Part shown: positions 39,309-49,093 of the stretch, piece after piece
How the letters are laid out: every line of letters starts with the position of its first letter
Position numbering within the stretch: position 1 is the stretch's first letter
Sequence record: SRR31156797_4473
Strand: one strand, 5' to 3'
Length of the DNA stretch: 51,999 nucleotides
Position numbers and translations under genes: made by a program
The notes under the pieces: model-generated
Database searches by the model: none
Told to the model about the DNA's origin: nothing
The model's input: the letters and a program-made list of their open reading frames with translations, nothing else

Positions 39309-40310
39309 TTATTTTGGTGGTTTGGATTTTTTTTGGTATTTTCTCACAGCACGGCTATGCTCCCGAAGAGTATGGGAAAATACATGGGTTCCGTTATTTT
39401 TAGAAACAAAATAGAGTGCATTTGACGCTGCCGGCTCGAGCACTGCTTTCATCGATGCACGCCCTGGGTTACAAATTGGTCCAGGCGGCAGTCCTTTTAT
39501 CATATACGTATTATAGGGAGTCAATGTCCGTAGATCGGCCTTGGTAATATTACCATTGAAGTTATCAATACCGTAAATAACTGTAGGATCAGACTGGAGC
39601 CGCATTTTTTCTGTAAGCCGATTAAGGAAAACACTTGCAATAATGGGCCGTTCCTGGGCAGCCCCCGTTTCCTTTTCTATAATTGAGGCCAAGGTAAGCA
39701 GCTCATGCAGGTCTAAATCCGGTTGTTTTGCCAAGGGGAGCGTACCCACTACCTCGAAAAAACGCTTTACCATTGTCTTCAAGATAGCTTTTTCGTCCAT
39801 TGCGCCACGGGCAAGAAAATATGTATCAGGGAAGAGATACCCTTCAAGGTTTTCCTGCTGCACCCCCAAAGTCTCAGCAAAAACTTCATCGTTTGCCAAG
39901 GCGACAAAACGGTCGCGATCGACCCATCCCCCTTTCCCAAAGATATCAGCGATCTGGATAAGGGTCTGCCCCTCGGGTAGAGTAACACTATGGTAATAAA
40001 TTTCACCCCTCTCTAGAACCTGCAGCACTTCCAGGGGAGTCAGACCATAAGCAATTTGATATTCCCCTGCCTTTAGCCGCTTACCAATTCCAGAAAAACG
40101 GGCAAGCAGCAAAAACCTGATATCATTTTGCAGCAGCTTCTTATCAGCCAGCAAAGCACCTATAGAGCGTACCCCAGCCCCCTTTGGCACATTTACCAAT
40201 ACCGTTCCAGCACCCGACGAGCCAGTGGTTACATAGCTCCATACCCACACGGTTAAAGCTAAAGCGGCAATAACCAACACCCCTGCCGTACAAAAAAATA
40301 AATTACGCAT
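39309..40310 (-). CDS. mltG: Endolytic transglycosylase MltG (YceG family)
   Basis: LKAGEY, VTLPEG, LEGYLFPDTY, LASIIEKE, LQSDPTVIYG, GLPPGPICNPG. Start reassigned to ATG 40310. Confidence 0.94.
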   Translation of the reverse strand: MRNLFFCTAGVLVIAALALTVWVWSYVTTGSSGAGTVLVNVPKGAGVRSIGALLADKKLLQNDIRFLLLARFSGIGKRLKAGEYQIAYGLTPLEVLQVLERGEIYYHSVTLPEGQTLIQIADIFGKGGWVDRDRFVALANDEVFAETLGVQQENLEGYLFPDTYFLARGAMDEKAILKTMVKRFFEVVGTLPLAKQPDLDLHELLTLASIIEKETGAAQERPIIASVFLNRLTEKMRLQSDPTVIYGIDNFNGNITKADLRTLTPYNTYMIKGLPPGPICNPGRASMKAVLEPAASNALYFVSKNNGTHVFSHTLREHSRAVRKYQKKSKPPK

Positions 40311-40348
40311 ACCAAATAAATTATATTCTATAGAGGTACAAACAACAA

Positions 40349-40376
40349 CGCCCGGCACGTTCGAACGTGCCAGGCG
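40349..40376 (-). terminator. Hairpin downstream of lon (probable terminator or attenuator)
   Basis: CGCCTGGCACGT-TCGA-ACGTGCCGGGCG followed by TTGTTGTTTG on the minus strand. Confidence 0.6.
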
Positions 40377-40412
40377 AAGAAATACTCAAACAAAGGTTTT
40401 TCAGATTGCTCC

Positions 40413-42824
40413 CTAAGCCGTTTGTTTCTTTTGGTTGTTTTTTCGAATCTTGCCAAGGGTCAACCTAACGACTTCATCCATATGCTTCACAGGATAAAAG
40501 GTGATTTCCTTTCGCAGTTCTTTTGGAATTTCAACCAGATCCTTTTCATTTTCATAAGGAATAATAACATTTGTTATTCCTGCCCTCAAAGCCGCCAAGG
40601 CCTTATCTTTCAAGCCGCCGATGGGAAGCACCCTGCCTCTGAGAGTCACCTCTCCAGTCATGGCAAACTGCTTCTTGACCGCCTTGCCGCTGATAGCTGA
40701 AAACAATGCAGTGGTCATGGTGATACCTGCTGAAGGCCCATCTTTGGGAATAGCCCCTGCTGGTACGTGGATATGTATATCGATACTATCAAAATACTCG
40801 GCATCCACCCCAAGCTCATCCTTACGGCTCCGGCAGTAACTCAATGCGGCCTGGGCAGACTCCTTCATAACATCACCCAGGTGACCGGTAAGAATTAACT
40901 TGCCTTTACCAGGAAGCACTGCAGTTTCGATATGCAGCAGTTCACCCCCCACTTCAGTCCATGCCAATCCAACCACCAAACCCGGCTGGCTGCTGGTATC
41001 GAGTTCGGCTTCAGGTAAATATTTAGGTGGACCCAAATATTTTGCCAAGGTATTTGCAGAAACAGCATATGGTCCTTTGCCGCCCTCTGCAACCTTACGC
41101 GCTATCTTACGACAAATTTTGCCCAGTGCTCTTTCCAGGTTACGAACTCCTGCTTCATGGGTGTAATGACTAATTACAGTTTCCAGCATCTCGTCGCCCA
41201 ATTTTATCTGGCGTGCCTTAATACCATTCTCTGCAATCTGCCGCGGCAGGAGATAGCGACGGGCAATAACCTTTTTCTCCTCCAGAGTATAACCCGACAA
41301 ATGGATAACCTCCATCCTGTCCAACAAGGGCCGGGGGATGGTATCGCTGCGGTTAGCTGTGGTAATGAACATGACTTTAGACAAGTCAAAAGGCAGGTTC
41401 ATGTAATGGTCGGAAAAGGTACTATTTTGTTCAGGGTCCAGCACTTCCAGCAGCGCCGAGGATGGATCACCGCGGTAATCGTCTCCTATTTTATCGATTT
41501 CATCCATCATAAAAACAGGATTATTGGTCTCAGTCGTTTTCAACCCCTGCAGAATGCGACCGGGAAGCGCCCCGATATAAGTTCTTCGATGCCCGCGGAT
41601 CTCGGCTTCATCCCGCATACCTCCAAGAGAGAGACGATAAAACTTTCTCCCCATCGCCTTGGCAATGGCTTGCCCCAGAGACGTTTTCCCAACACCAGGA
41701 GGACCAACAAAGCAGATGATAGGTCCTTTAGTAGCCTTATTGAGTTTTCTAACGGCAAGATACTCAAGGATACGCTCCTTAATCTTGTCCAACCCGTAAT
41801 GATCCTTATCAAGCACACCTGCAGCTACCTTTAAACTCAACCTGTCACGAGAAGAATCTTTCCATGGCAGATCCAGGAACCAATCCAGATAGGTCCGCAC
41901 AATCGTTGCCTCCGATGCATCAGGATGCATCATCTCCAGGCGCTTCAATTGCTTGCGGGCCTCTTTCTTGGCGTACTTAGGCATTTTTTTCTTCTTGAGA
42001 TCTTTGTGCAGATCCTCTATTTCCTGTGAGTAACTGTCCTCATCGCCAAGTTCCCGTTTCAATGCCTGCATTTGTTCGCGCAGAAAATATTCACGCTGAC
42101 TCTTGGACATCTCCTCCTTGGCATCGGACTGAATCTTCGCTTGTACTGTGGAGACTTCAAGCTCCTTGCGCAGCAACTCAGCAACCAGACGCAATCGCTC
42201 AACCGGATCTATCGTCTCCAGGATCTGTTGAGATTCAGCTATTTTCAGGCGCAAGTTGGACCCAACAAGATCTGCCAGTCGTCCTGGCTCCTCGATGTTG
42301 TTGATGATCATCATCAAATCAGAAGACAATATACCCCTGAGTGACATAATCTTCTCGGTCTGTTCCCGGACCGTGCGCATCAAAGCCTCAATCTCAACAG
42401 AAACTTCTGTCGTCTCTGGTTCTTCCAGCAGGTCAATATCCACCTTATAATAAGGTTCTTTTTGCTGAACAGCTCGAATCTGTGCCTTTGAAAGAGCTTG
42501 CACCAGCACCTTGAGTCGACCATCTGGCAACTTCAAGGTACGCATAATCATCGAAACCATACCTACTTTATACAGATCTTCCTCGTCCGGTTCATCCTTG
42601 GTGGCATCCTTCTGAGTAACCAACATCAGCAGCTTATTGCTGTTAGCCGCTTCATTGACGGCTTCCACGGATCCAGGACGACCAACAAACAACGGAATGA
42701 TCATGTAATTAAAAACAACCACATCACGTACCGCCATCATGGGCAGGGATTCCGGAATCTCAAGATCCTTAGGACTCTCCCCAAAATCATCCATACTGTG
42801 GGACAACGAATCGTCAAACTCCAC
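40413..42824 (-). CDS. lon: ATP-dependent Lon protease
   Basis: LON N-domain, DHYGLDKIKERILE, Walker A GPPGVGKTS, GHRRTYIGA, DEIDK, catalytic PKDGPSAG; GTG start with AGGAGG. Confidence 0.98.
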   Translation of the reverse strand: MEFDDSLSHSMDDFGESPKDLEIPESLPMMAVRDVVVFNYMIIPLFVGRPGSVEAVNEAANSNKLLMLVTQKDATKDEPDEEDLYKVGMVSMIMRTLKLPDGRLKVLVQALSKAQIRAVQQKEPYYKVDIDLLEEPETTEVSVEIEALMRTVREQTEKIMSLRGILSSDLMMIINNIEEPGRLADLVGSNLRLKIAESQQILETIDPVERLRLVAELLRKELEVSTVQAKIQSDAKEEMSKSQREYFLREQMQALKRELGDEDSYSQEIEDLHKDLKKKKMPKYAKKEARKQLKRLEMMHPDASEATIVRTYLDWFLDLPWKDSSRDRLSLKVAAGVLDKDHYGLDKIKERILEYLAVRKLNKATKGPIICFVGPPGVGKTSLGQAIAKAMGRKFYRLSLGGMRDEAEIRGHRRTYIGALPGRILQGLKTTETNNPVFMMDEIDKIGDDYRGDPSSALLEVLDPEQNSTFSDHYMNLPFDLSKVMFITTANRSDTIPRPLLDRMEVIHLSGYTLEEKKVIARRYLLPRQIAENGIKARQIKLGDEMLETVISHYTHEAGVRNLERALGKICRKIARKVAEGGKGPYAVSANTLAKYLGPPKYLPEAELDTSSQPGLVVGLAWTEVGGELLHIETAVLPGKGKLILTGHLGDVMKESAQAALSYCRSRKDELGVDAEYFDSIDIHIHVPAGAIPKDGPSAGITMTTALFSAISGKAVKKQFAMTGEVTLRGRVLPIGGLKDKALAALRAGITNVIIPYENEKDLVEIPKELRKEITFYPVKHMDEVVRLTLGKIRKNNQKKQTA

Positions 42825-43242
42825 TCTTTTCCTCCTTCTAAAACGCCTATGGCGAATACTGGTAAATAATTATCAACAGGAAGGTAAACACAACCACATC
42901 CGAAGTCAAGCCACGGAACTGCGACTAAGGTTGTTATAAAGAAGAACAGGGTAGACAAGACTGAGATCAGGTTACGCAAAGAGCCAACACCAAGCTTTTC
43001 CTCTTTTTTCCTAATACGTTATAAATATGATGGATTCATAGAAAAGCCATCATATATCCCAAAGAGCTAAATTAAAATATAAGGGTACCTTGAAAAGTGA
43101 GATTTTTGACCAAGGTTAGGTAAGCGAACAACGATGTTTTTACAACGCCATCATAATTATCTTGCTTAAATTCCTAGCTGCCAATATAGAGGACCAAGAA
43201 TACATTTATTATCCAAAGTCCCTATCCACACAGGATGTAACC

Positions 43243-44043
43243 ATGCTTAGCCCCGCTTCCTTATTTCACCTGGACGACTTCCCGGAAAAAGATATCTTCA
43301 GTAACTGCATCTATGCCTGGGATGCTCTGAAACAACTTAAAGAATACTCCAACCGAAGAACCGACAATAACTTTACCCACCGATGCCTGAGTGACGGCAT
43401 CCCCTTGCCAAGCCCTTTTCTCGTTCACAACGGAAAACTTCGTGATGCCAGGGAGTGCACCATCACTTTTAACGATGCGACCAAGGGTAAACTAATAGTG
43501 ACAGAAAATGGTCAGCTATTGGAGGGTGCATCGATTATCATGGCAGGAGCAGTGCTGATAGGGAAAAAAATAAAAATAGGGAAAGGAGTGCTGATTGAGT
43601 CTGGAACCTACATAAAAGAACCGGCCATTATCGGTGACTATTCTGAAATCAGGCACGGTGCCTACATGCGCGGTTACTGCGTCATTGGCAAGCGATGTGT
43701 CGTAGGCCATGCCACAGAGGTCAAACATTCTATTTTCCTCAACGACGCCAAAGCCGGACATTTTGCCTATCTCGGTGACTCTATCTTGGGCAACAATGTA
43801 AACCTTGGAGCTGGCACCAAATTTGCGAATCTTCGCTTTCTTCCCGGAACGGTTGCAATTAAGACCGAAAAAGAAAGCATTGACAGCGGATTGCGTAAAA
43901 TAGGCGCTATTCTCGGGGACAGCAGTCAAACAGGGTGCAACTCGGTTACTAATCCAGGAACGATCATGGGGCAAAAGTGCGCGCTTATGCCTAACACCAC
44001 CGCTGATTCTGGTTTTCACCCTCCAAGCAGTCTGATAAAATAG
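43243..44043 (+). CDS. GlmU-like left-handed beta-helix acetyltransferase (no uridyltransferase domain)
   Basis: Hexapeptide repeats, EIRHGAYMRG, GHATEVK, AKAGHFAYLGDSILG, NLGAGT, KIGAILGD, GCNSVTNPG. Start likely ATG 43243. Confidence 0.85.
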   Translation: MLSPASLFHLDDFPEKDIFSNCIYAWDALKQLKEYSNRRTDNNFTHRCLSDGIPLPSPFLVHNGKLRDARECTITFNDATKGKLIVTENGQLLEGASIIMAGAVLIGKKIKIGKGVLIESGTYIKEPAIIGDYSEIRHGAYMRGYCVIGKRCVVGHATEVKHSIFLNDAKAGHFAYLGDSILGNNVNLGAGTKFANLRFLPGTVAIKTEKESIDSGLRKIGAILGDSSQTGCNSVTNPGTIMGQKCALMPNTTADSGFHPPSSLIK

Positions 44044-44359
44044 GGAGTCTACCTTTTATATCTGTTGGTTCCACCCCTCCGCCGGCGTACTCATAGAGGG
44101 CAAAAAAGAAGGCAAAAAGGATACCTACAGTAAAGTAAATTCTGAGTAAACGATCCCAGGGCAACCTGGGCGCGTCGGTCATTTTTTTAAATATCGCTGC
44201 AGTAATATAGGTAAAACCAAGTGCATAGGGAGCAGTCAGCAGCATCTGGGACAAGGTGCCGCTCATTGCAGCAACCAGGTCACTTCCCAATCGCAAGTGA
44301 AAGAGCAGATATACACCTGCAGTCAAAATAAACGTTATTTTTTCTCGTAAAGTCGTCAT
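43991..44359 (-). CDS. Hypothetical small membrane protein (about 3 TM)
   Basis: Three hydrophobic segments and an LPWDR motif; fills the gap between two + strand genes. Confidence 0.6.
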   Translation of the reverse strand: MTTLREKITFILTAGVYLLFHLRLGSDLVAAMSGTLSQMLLTAPYALGFTYITAAIFKKMTDAPRLPWDRLLRIYFTVGILFAFFFALYEYAGGGVEPTDIKGRLPILSDCLEGENQNQRWC

Positions 44360-45443
44360 GTCAAATATAAAGGCTTGTTTTTTTCCGCAAACAGTACCGG
44401 ATGCAGCACATTTCCTCCCTCTTGTACATGTTTTCCCCTCACTTGTCTACCTTCAGGCGATAGAGAAAGACCCTTCTGCTGCAGCTGAAAAGGGCTCTTT
44501 GATGCAACAGCTCATTGATAGGGAGCAGCTCACTTTTTTCTCACCCGCGCCACTTGAAGGTGACCGCGAACGTTTTCTTTCTTTAGTAGCAGACCTCCAT
44601 AACCGCCGTGATGATTATGCCAGCCAATTGTCTGCCTTGGCACTGATGAGTCTCAGCGATAAAGGTAACAAAGAAGCCAGGCATTCCATCATCAGCCACC
44701 TCAAAGGAAGCCAGCAGCCTAAGCAGGACAGCCTGTCCATGTTGCTCTGGCAGGCTCGCCTGGTCCTAAAATTAGGGGAGTTGTTTGACCGCGAACAGAA
44801 GGAAATCGACAATCAGCTTACTGCCATGGCACAAAAGCAGGACAACCTGCTCCAGGAGTTACGCGAAGAAACCGACACCCCCTTTTCACTGACACAGGGA
44901 ATAAACGAGGTCACCGGAGAAACAGATGCCATGCTTTCCCAGCGCCTTACTGCCTGGGCACAAATCTACTGCCTGGGTGATGTTCCTGATTGGGCTCTCA
45001 CCAGGCTTTTCATCACCTCTGACCTTGGTGTGGCCGGAAAAATTATTGACCGTTGGGAAAACAGTCTCGCCAACACACCGTCACCGGTTATCGTTGAGCT
45101 GCCGGGATATGAAAAGCAAGAAACAGGTCACCACATCGATCCATCCCAGCTGCCGTCAATGCCAAATAAAGACCTGCAAGCACTCTGTACCCGGCTTGTC
45201 ACCGAAAATATAGACCAGGAAGAAATTGCCTCACATATCCAAGCCTGGCACCAGGAACTTGACCGTCAATACCCTGCAAACCAATACGGGCGGGCAAGAC
45301 TTTCCCTCTACCCTTTTCAAGAGCTCACACCAAAACAACTGTTTAAAGAGACCTTTGCCGGCAATATAAAGGAAGAAGAGCAATCGGCTGCAGATCAGCA
45401 AGGATGTGTTATCGGAGTATTGGAAATCCATCCTGTAGAGTGA
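44358..45443 (+). CDS. Hypothetical protein
   Basis: 361-aa ORF with globular/helical composition; family not recognised. Confidence 0.72.
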   Translation: MSNIKACFFPQTVPDAAHFLPLVHVFPSLVYLQAIEKDPSAAAEKGSLMQQLIDREQLTFFSPAPLEGDRERFLSLVADLHNRRDDYASQLSALALMSLSDKGNKEARHSIISHLKGSQQPKQDSLSMLLWQARLVLKLGELFDREQKEIDNQLTAMAQKQDNLLQELREETDTPFSLTQGINEVTGETDAMLSQRLTAWAQIYCLGDVPDWALTRLFITSDLGVAGKIIDRWENSLANTPSPVIVELPGYEKQETGHHIDPSQLPSMPNKDLQALCTRLVTENIDQEEIASHIQAWHQELDRQYPANQYGRARLSLYPFQELTPKQLFKETFAGNIKEEEQSAADQQGCVIGVLEIHPVE

Positions 45444-45464
45444 CAGCTGCAGAAAGCGGACTGT

Positions 45465-45508
45465 AAAAAAAACGGGTCGTACCTGTTATTCCCAACAGGC
45501 ACGACCCG
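45465..45508 (-). terminator. Rho-independent terminator of the USP gene
   Basis: Minus strand CGGGTCGTGCCTGTT-gggaat-AACAGGTACGACCCG followed by T8. Confidence 0.85.
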
Positions 45509-45536
45509 GAATAATAATAAAAGAAAACAAAAGCAC

Positions 45537-46022
45537 TTAGGCTTTATTTTCCTCACACTCCTTACGGTACGGGTTAATGGTCATCACCGGGCAGCAGGCG
45601 GTCTTCACCACTTTATCTGCAACACTGCCAAACATGATCCTCTCCAACCCCTTGTACCCATGAGTTCCCATGACTATGAGATGAGCTCCTTTTTCGGCAG
45701 CATAGGCAAGTATTTCCTCGGCCACATCACCTGACAAAACAGTGCTCGTCACGTTACTCACGCCAAACGTCTCAAAAGTTGCTTTATGCTCCTCTACAAA
45801 AGTTACCATTCGCTGCTGGGCGGAATCAAACAACTCTTCCTCCAGGTTGGGAAGGTTCACCGGAGGAACGAAAAAACCGCTGTAATCTTCAAAGTTCTGG
45901 GCAACAAAAACAAGGTCTAAATCAGCTTGAAAGGTTCCAGCTACATAAGCTGCTGCGCTGGCGATCTTCCCGGCATTATCGGAAAAATCAATGGGTGTGA
46001 GAACACGTTTTATTTCCTGCAT
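45537..46022 (-). CDS. Universal stress protein (UspA family)
   Basis: RVLTPIDFS, GDVAEEIL, LIVMGTHGYKGLERIMFGSVADKVVK. Confidence 0.95.
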   Translation of the reverse strand: MQEIKRVLTPIDFSDNAGKIASAAAYVAGTFQADLDLVFVAQNFEDYSGFFVPPVNLPNLEEELFDSAQQRMVTFVEEHKATFETFGVSNVTSTVLSGDVAEEILAYAAEKGAHLIVMGTHGYKGLERIMFGSVADKVVKTACCPVMTINPYRKECEENKA

Positions 46023-46237
46023 AAATTACCTCCCTGTTAGTAACAACAATAACAAACGCTTTGCCCTATCCCCTATAAATATATAGTCATTTTCATTTTA
46101 TTTTCTAGTTATATTGTTGCACATGCGCCCCTCCAATACAAGGCTAAACAGTAATAATTTCAGGAAAAAAGTTGACCGGGGCAGTAACAGCGAATATATT
46201 TTGGTTTCTTTTTAAAATATCTTATCCGGAGTTCACA

Positions 46238-47296
46238 ATGGATTTTATCCCTAAATGGATAGCCTGGGAAATCACCCGCCGCTGTAACCTTAAATGTGTA
46301 CATTGTCGCTCCTCTTCTGAGCTGCAGATAGACAATCATCCAGACTTCTCCCTTGCAGAGGCTAAAAGAATCATGGATGATATCCATAGCTACGCTGATC
46401 CGGTTATGGTTTTATCCGGAGGGGAACCACTGCTTCGGGAGGATGTATTCGACATTGCAGCTTACGGCACAGGACTTGGAATGCGTATGTGCTTGGCGAC
46501 TAACGGAACACTGGTCACTGATGAGATCTGCCGTAAAATAAAAGAAACCGGGATCAAAATGGTTTCTCTTAGCCTGGACGGTGCCACCCCTGATATCCAT
46601 GATGATTTTCGCAGTCAGCCGGGAGCATTTGCCGGGACAATGCACGCCATTGAGCTCTTTAACAAACACAAAATAGACTTTCTGGTAAACTCTAGTTTTA
46701 CAAAAAGAAACAAACAGGAAGCACCCAAGATCTACGAATTAGTCAAATCGTTAGGAGCAACAGCCTGGTACCTATTTATGATCGTCCCCACCGGCCGGGG
46801 TGAAGAAATCATGTCCGAACTTATCCCAGAAAATGAATATGAGGACATGCTCAACTGGCATTACGATATGGAAGCAGACGAGTCAGATATTTTGGTTCGC
46901 CCCACCTGCGCCCCCCAGTACTATAGAATTGTACTCCAGCGTTCAAAAGAAGAGGGGTCCCGTTTCAAACGTCGTAACCTCAAATTTTCCACGGGTGGTT
47001 CCAAAGGTTGCCTGGCGGGGCAGCTGATATGCCTCATTGATGTTGATCAAAACATCCTGCCATGCAGTTACTTCCCACTTTCAGGTGGTAACCTAAAGGA
47101 GCAATCCTTTAAGAAAATCTGGGAAACCTCCAAGCTCCTTCTGGATATGCGGGATTTTAAAAATTACAAAGGTACCTGCGGTAAATGTGAGTATGTCAAT
47201 GTGTGCGGCGGCTGCCGTGCCAGAGCCTACGCAATGACAGGCGATTACATGGCCCAAGAACCTTTTTGCCACTACCAGCCTGGCAAAGAACAATAA
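46238..47296 (+). CDS. Radical SAM/SPASM heme-biosynthesis enzyme, AhbD/NirJ-like (probable coproheme decarboxylase)
   Basis: [15 protein letters not shown] (CX3CX2C), [43 protein letters not shown]; adjacent to hemE. Confidence 0.82.
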   Translation: MDFIPKWIAWEITRRCNLKCVHCRSSSELQIDNHPDFSLAEAKRIMDDIHSYADPVMVLSGGEPLLREDVFDIAAYGTGLGMRMCLATNGTLVTDEICRKIKETGIKMVSLSLDGATPDIHDDFRSQPGAFAGTMHAIELFNKHKIDFLVNSSFTKRNKQEAPKIYELVKSLGATAWYLFMIVPTGRGEEIMSELIPENEYEDMLNWHYDMEADESDILVRPTCAPQYYRIVLQRSKEEGSRFKRRNLKFSTGGSKGCLAGQLICLIDVDQNILPCSYFPLSGGNLKEQSFKKIWETSKLLLDMRDFKNYKGTCGKCEYVNVCGGCRARAYAMTGDYMAQEPFCHYQPGKEQ

Positions 47297-47362
47297 TAGA
47301 TATCCTGCATAAATAGTGCATAATATACATAAATAGATCAATCAAGTTATAACAGAGGATAC

Positions 47363-48385
47363 ATGAACGATACGTTTTTAAAAGCATGCCGCGGCGAAAA
47401 GACTGACTACACTCCTGTATGGTTCATGCGTCAGGCAGGGCGCTACCTTCCCGAATACAGGGCAGTCAGAGGCAAAACCACCTTCCTGGAGCTCTGCAAG
47501 AACCCTGATCGCTGCACCGAGGTAACCCTCCAACCGATCAACCTCTTCGGATTTGATGCTGCCATCTTGTTTTCAGACATCCTCATTCCCATGGAGGCGA
47601 TGAACCTCAAACTTGAATTCCATGAAGGCAGAGGTCCGGTTTTCCCCGACCCTGTCAGGACCCAAAAGGCGGTTGACGAATTGATCGTCCCCGATCCTGA
47701 AGTGACCATGCCTTTTGTGATGGAGACTATCAAGCTGCTCCTCAAGGAACTCAAGGTACCTCTCATAGGTTTTTCCGGCGCTCCCTTTACCCTTGCCACG
47801 TATCTGCTTGAAGGCGGTTCTTCCAAGTTTTTTTACGAAACCAAAAGGATGATGTTTGAAAACCCAGCACTCTACCACGAGCTGCTGCAAAAAATTACTG
47901 ACTGCACAAGTCTTTACCTCCAGGCGCAGGCACGGGCAGGAGCACAAGCTCTCCAGATTTTCGATTCCTGGGCAGGTATCCTTGCTCCTGGGGATTATGC
48001 CAGGTTTGCCCTGCCCTATGTCCAGTCAATCATTAAGGATCTGCGCCAGGTAACTGACGTGCCTCTTATTTATTTCGCCAACAACGGCTCAACCCTTATC
48101 CCCAATACGGTTACAGCCGGTGCTGATGTTCTCGGTCTGGATTGGCGAATTAACATCAAAGATGCTATTGACAAGGTCGGCAGCCACGCTGTCCAGGGAA
48201 ACCTTGACCCCATGGCACTCTTTCTCCCCAACGATGCGCTTGAGAAGCGTGTCAAACAGCTCCTAGATGACGCATCCCAGGCCAAAGGCCATATCTTTAA
48301 TCTGGGCCATGGCATATTGCCTCAAACCTCACCGGATAAAGCACGGATCGTTGTAGATGCTGTCCATCGTTTCAGCGGTAAGTGA
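47363..48385 (+). CDS. hemE: Uroporphyrinogen decarboxylase
   Basis: PVWFMRQAGRYLPEYR, DAAILFSDIL, GFSGAPFTLATY, QIFDSWAG, HIFNLGHG. Confidence 0.97.
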   Translation: MNDTFLKACRGEKTDYTPVWFMRQAGRYLPEYRAVRGKTTFLELCKNPDRCTEVTLQPINLFGFDAAILFSDILIPMEAMNLKLEFHEGRGPVFPDPVRTQKAVDELIVPDPEVTMPFVMETIKLLLKELKVPLIGFSGAPFTLATYLLEGGSSKFFYETKRMMFENPALYHELLQKITDCTSLYLQAQARAGAQALQIFDSWAGILAPGDYARFALPYVQSIIKDLRQVTDVPLIYFANNGSTLIPNTVTAGADVLGLDWRINIKDAIDKVGSHAVQGNLDPMALFLPNDALEKRVKQLLDDASQAKGHIFNLGHGILPQTSPDKARIVVDAVHRFSGK

Positions 48386-48412
48386 CGAGTTGCAGCAAAT
48401 AAAGGTTAACCA

Positions 48413-48973
48413 GTGATCGTCCCCAGCATTGCCGAATGTGCTGCCATGATGACCACCTATGACATGCTGGCGAACATACGCCAGCATTCACTGGTGGTGG
48501 CCCAACTGGCAGAGCAGCTTGTTACTGCCCTGTCCAAAAATAATCAGGCGTCACCCCATACCTCCAGGGAGTTGGTCATTGCCGGGGCGCTGCTCCATGA
48601 CATTGCCAAAACACCATGTCTAAAGGAACCCTGTAATCATGCTAAGGTAGGCGCGCAGATTTGCCGGGAACATGGTTACCCTGAAGTGGCTATTATTGTT
48701 GAAGAACATGTCATCCTGACACACCATGAACCAGAGCGTTATGCCCGCGGCGAGTTTACAGCTGAAGAAATTGTCTATTATGCAGATAAAAGAGTTCGTC
48801 ACCACCAGGTGGTTAACCTGAACGAGCGGCTGGAATATATTATTGACCATTACGGGCAAAACGATCCAGTTCGACGACAGTTAATACGAGAGAACTTTAG
48901 CAGGTGTATTGAGCTTGAAACATTCCTGTTCCAATGGCTTGATTTTCCTCCGCAAGATCTTGGGAAGCTCTGA
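48413..48973 (+). CDS. HD-domain phosphohydrolase
   Basis: HSLVVA, GALLHDIAK, HAKVGA, VEEHV, YYADKRV. Confidence 0.88.
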   Translation: MIVPSIAECAAMMTTYDMLANIRQHSLVVAQLAEQLVTALSKNNQASPHTSRELVIAGALLHDIAKTPCLKEPCNHAKVGAQICREHGYPEVAIIVEEHVILTHHEPERYARGEFTAEEIVYYADKRVRHHQVVNLNERLEYIIDHYGQNDPVRRQLIRENFSRCIELETFLFQWLDFPPQDLGKL

Positions 48974-49093
48974 CACCATCAAATAAAACACACCACGGCT
49001 GTAGTCTCCCACTCAGCTTTTGTAATTGTATCTGTACTGCCCGTGACAATCTACCGTTTTTCATTGACCACACTTTTAAAGGGAGCCAGAACT

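Noticed and set aside
41157..41834. 225-aa plus-strand ORF, and the many similar short antisense ORFs across the window
   Set aside because: They lie opposite well-supported genes (here lon) and lack motifs or RBS support.
42737..42979. 80-aa hydrophobic ORF upstream of and overlapping lon
   Set aside because: TTG start, no clear RBS, an out-of-frame overlap with lon and no recognisable family.
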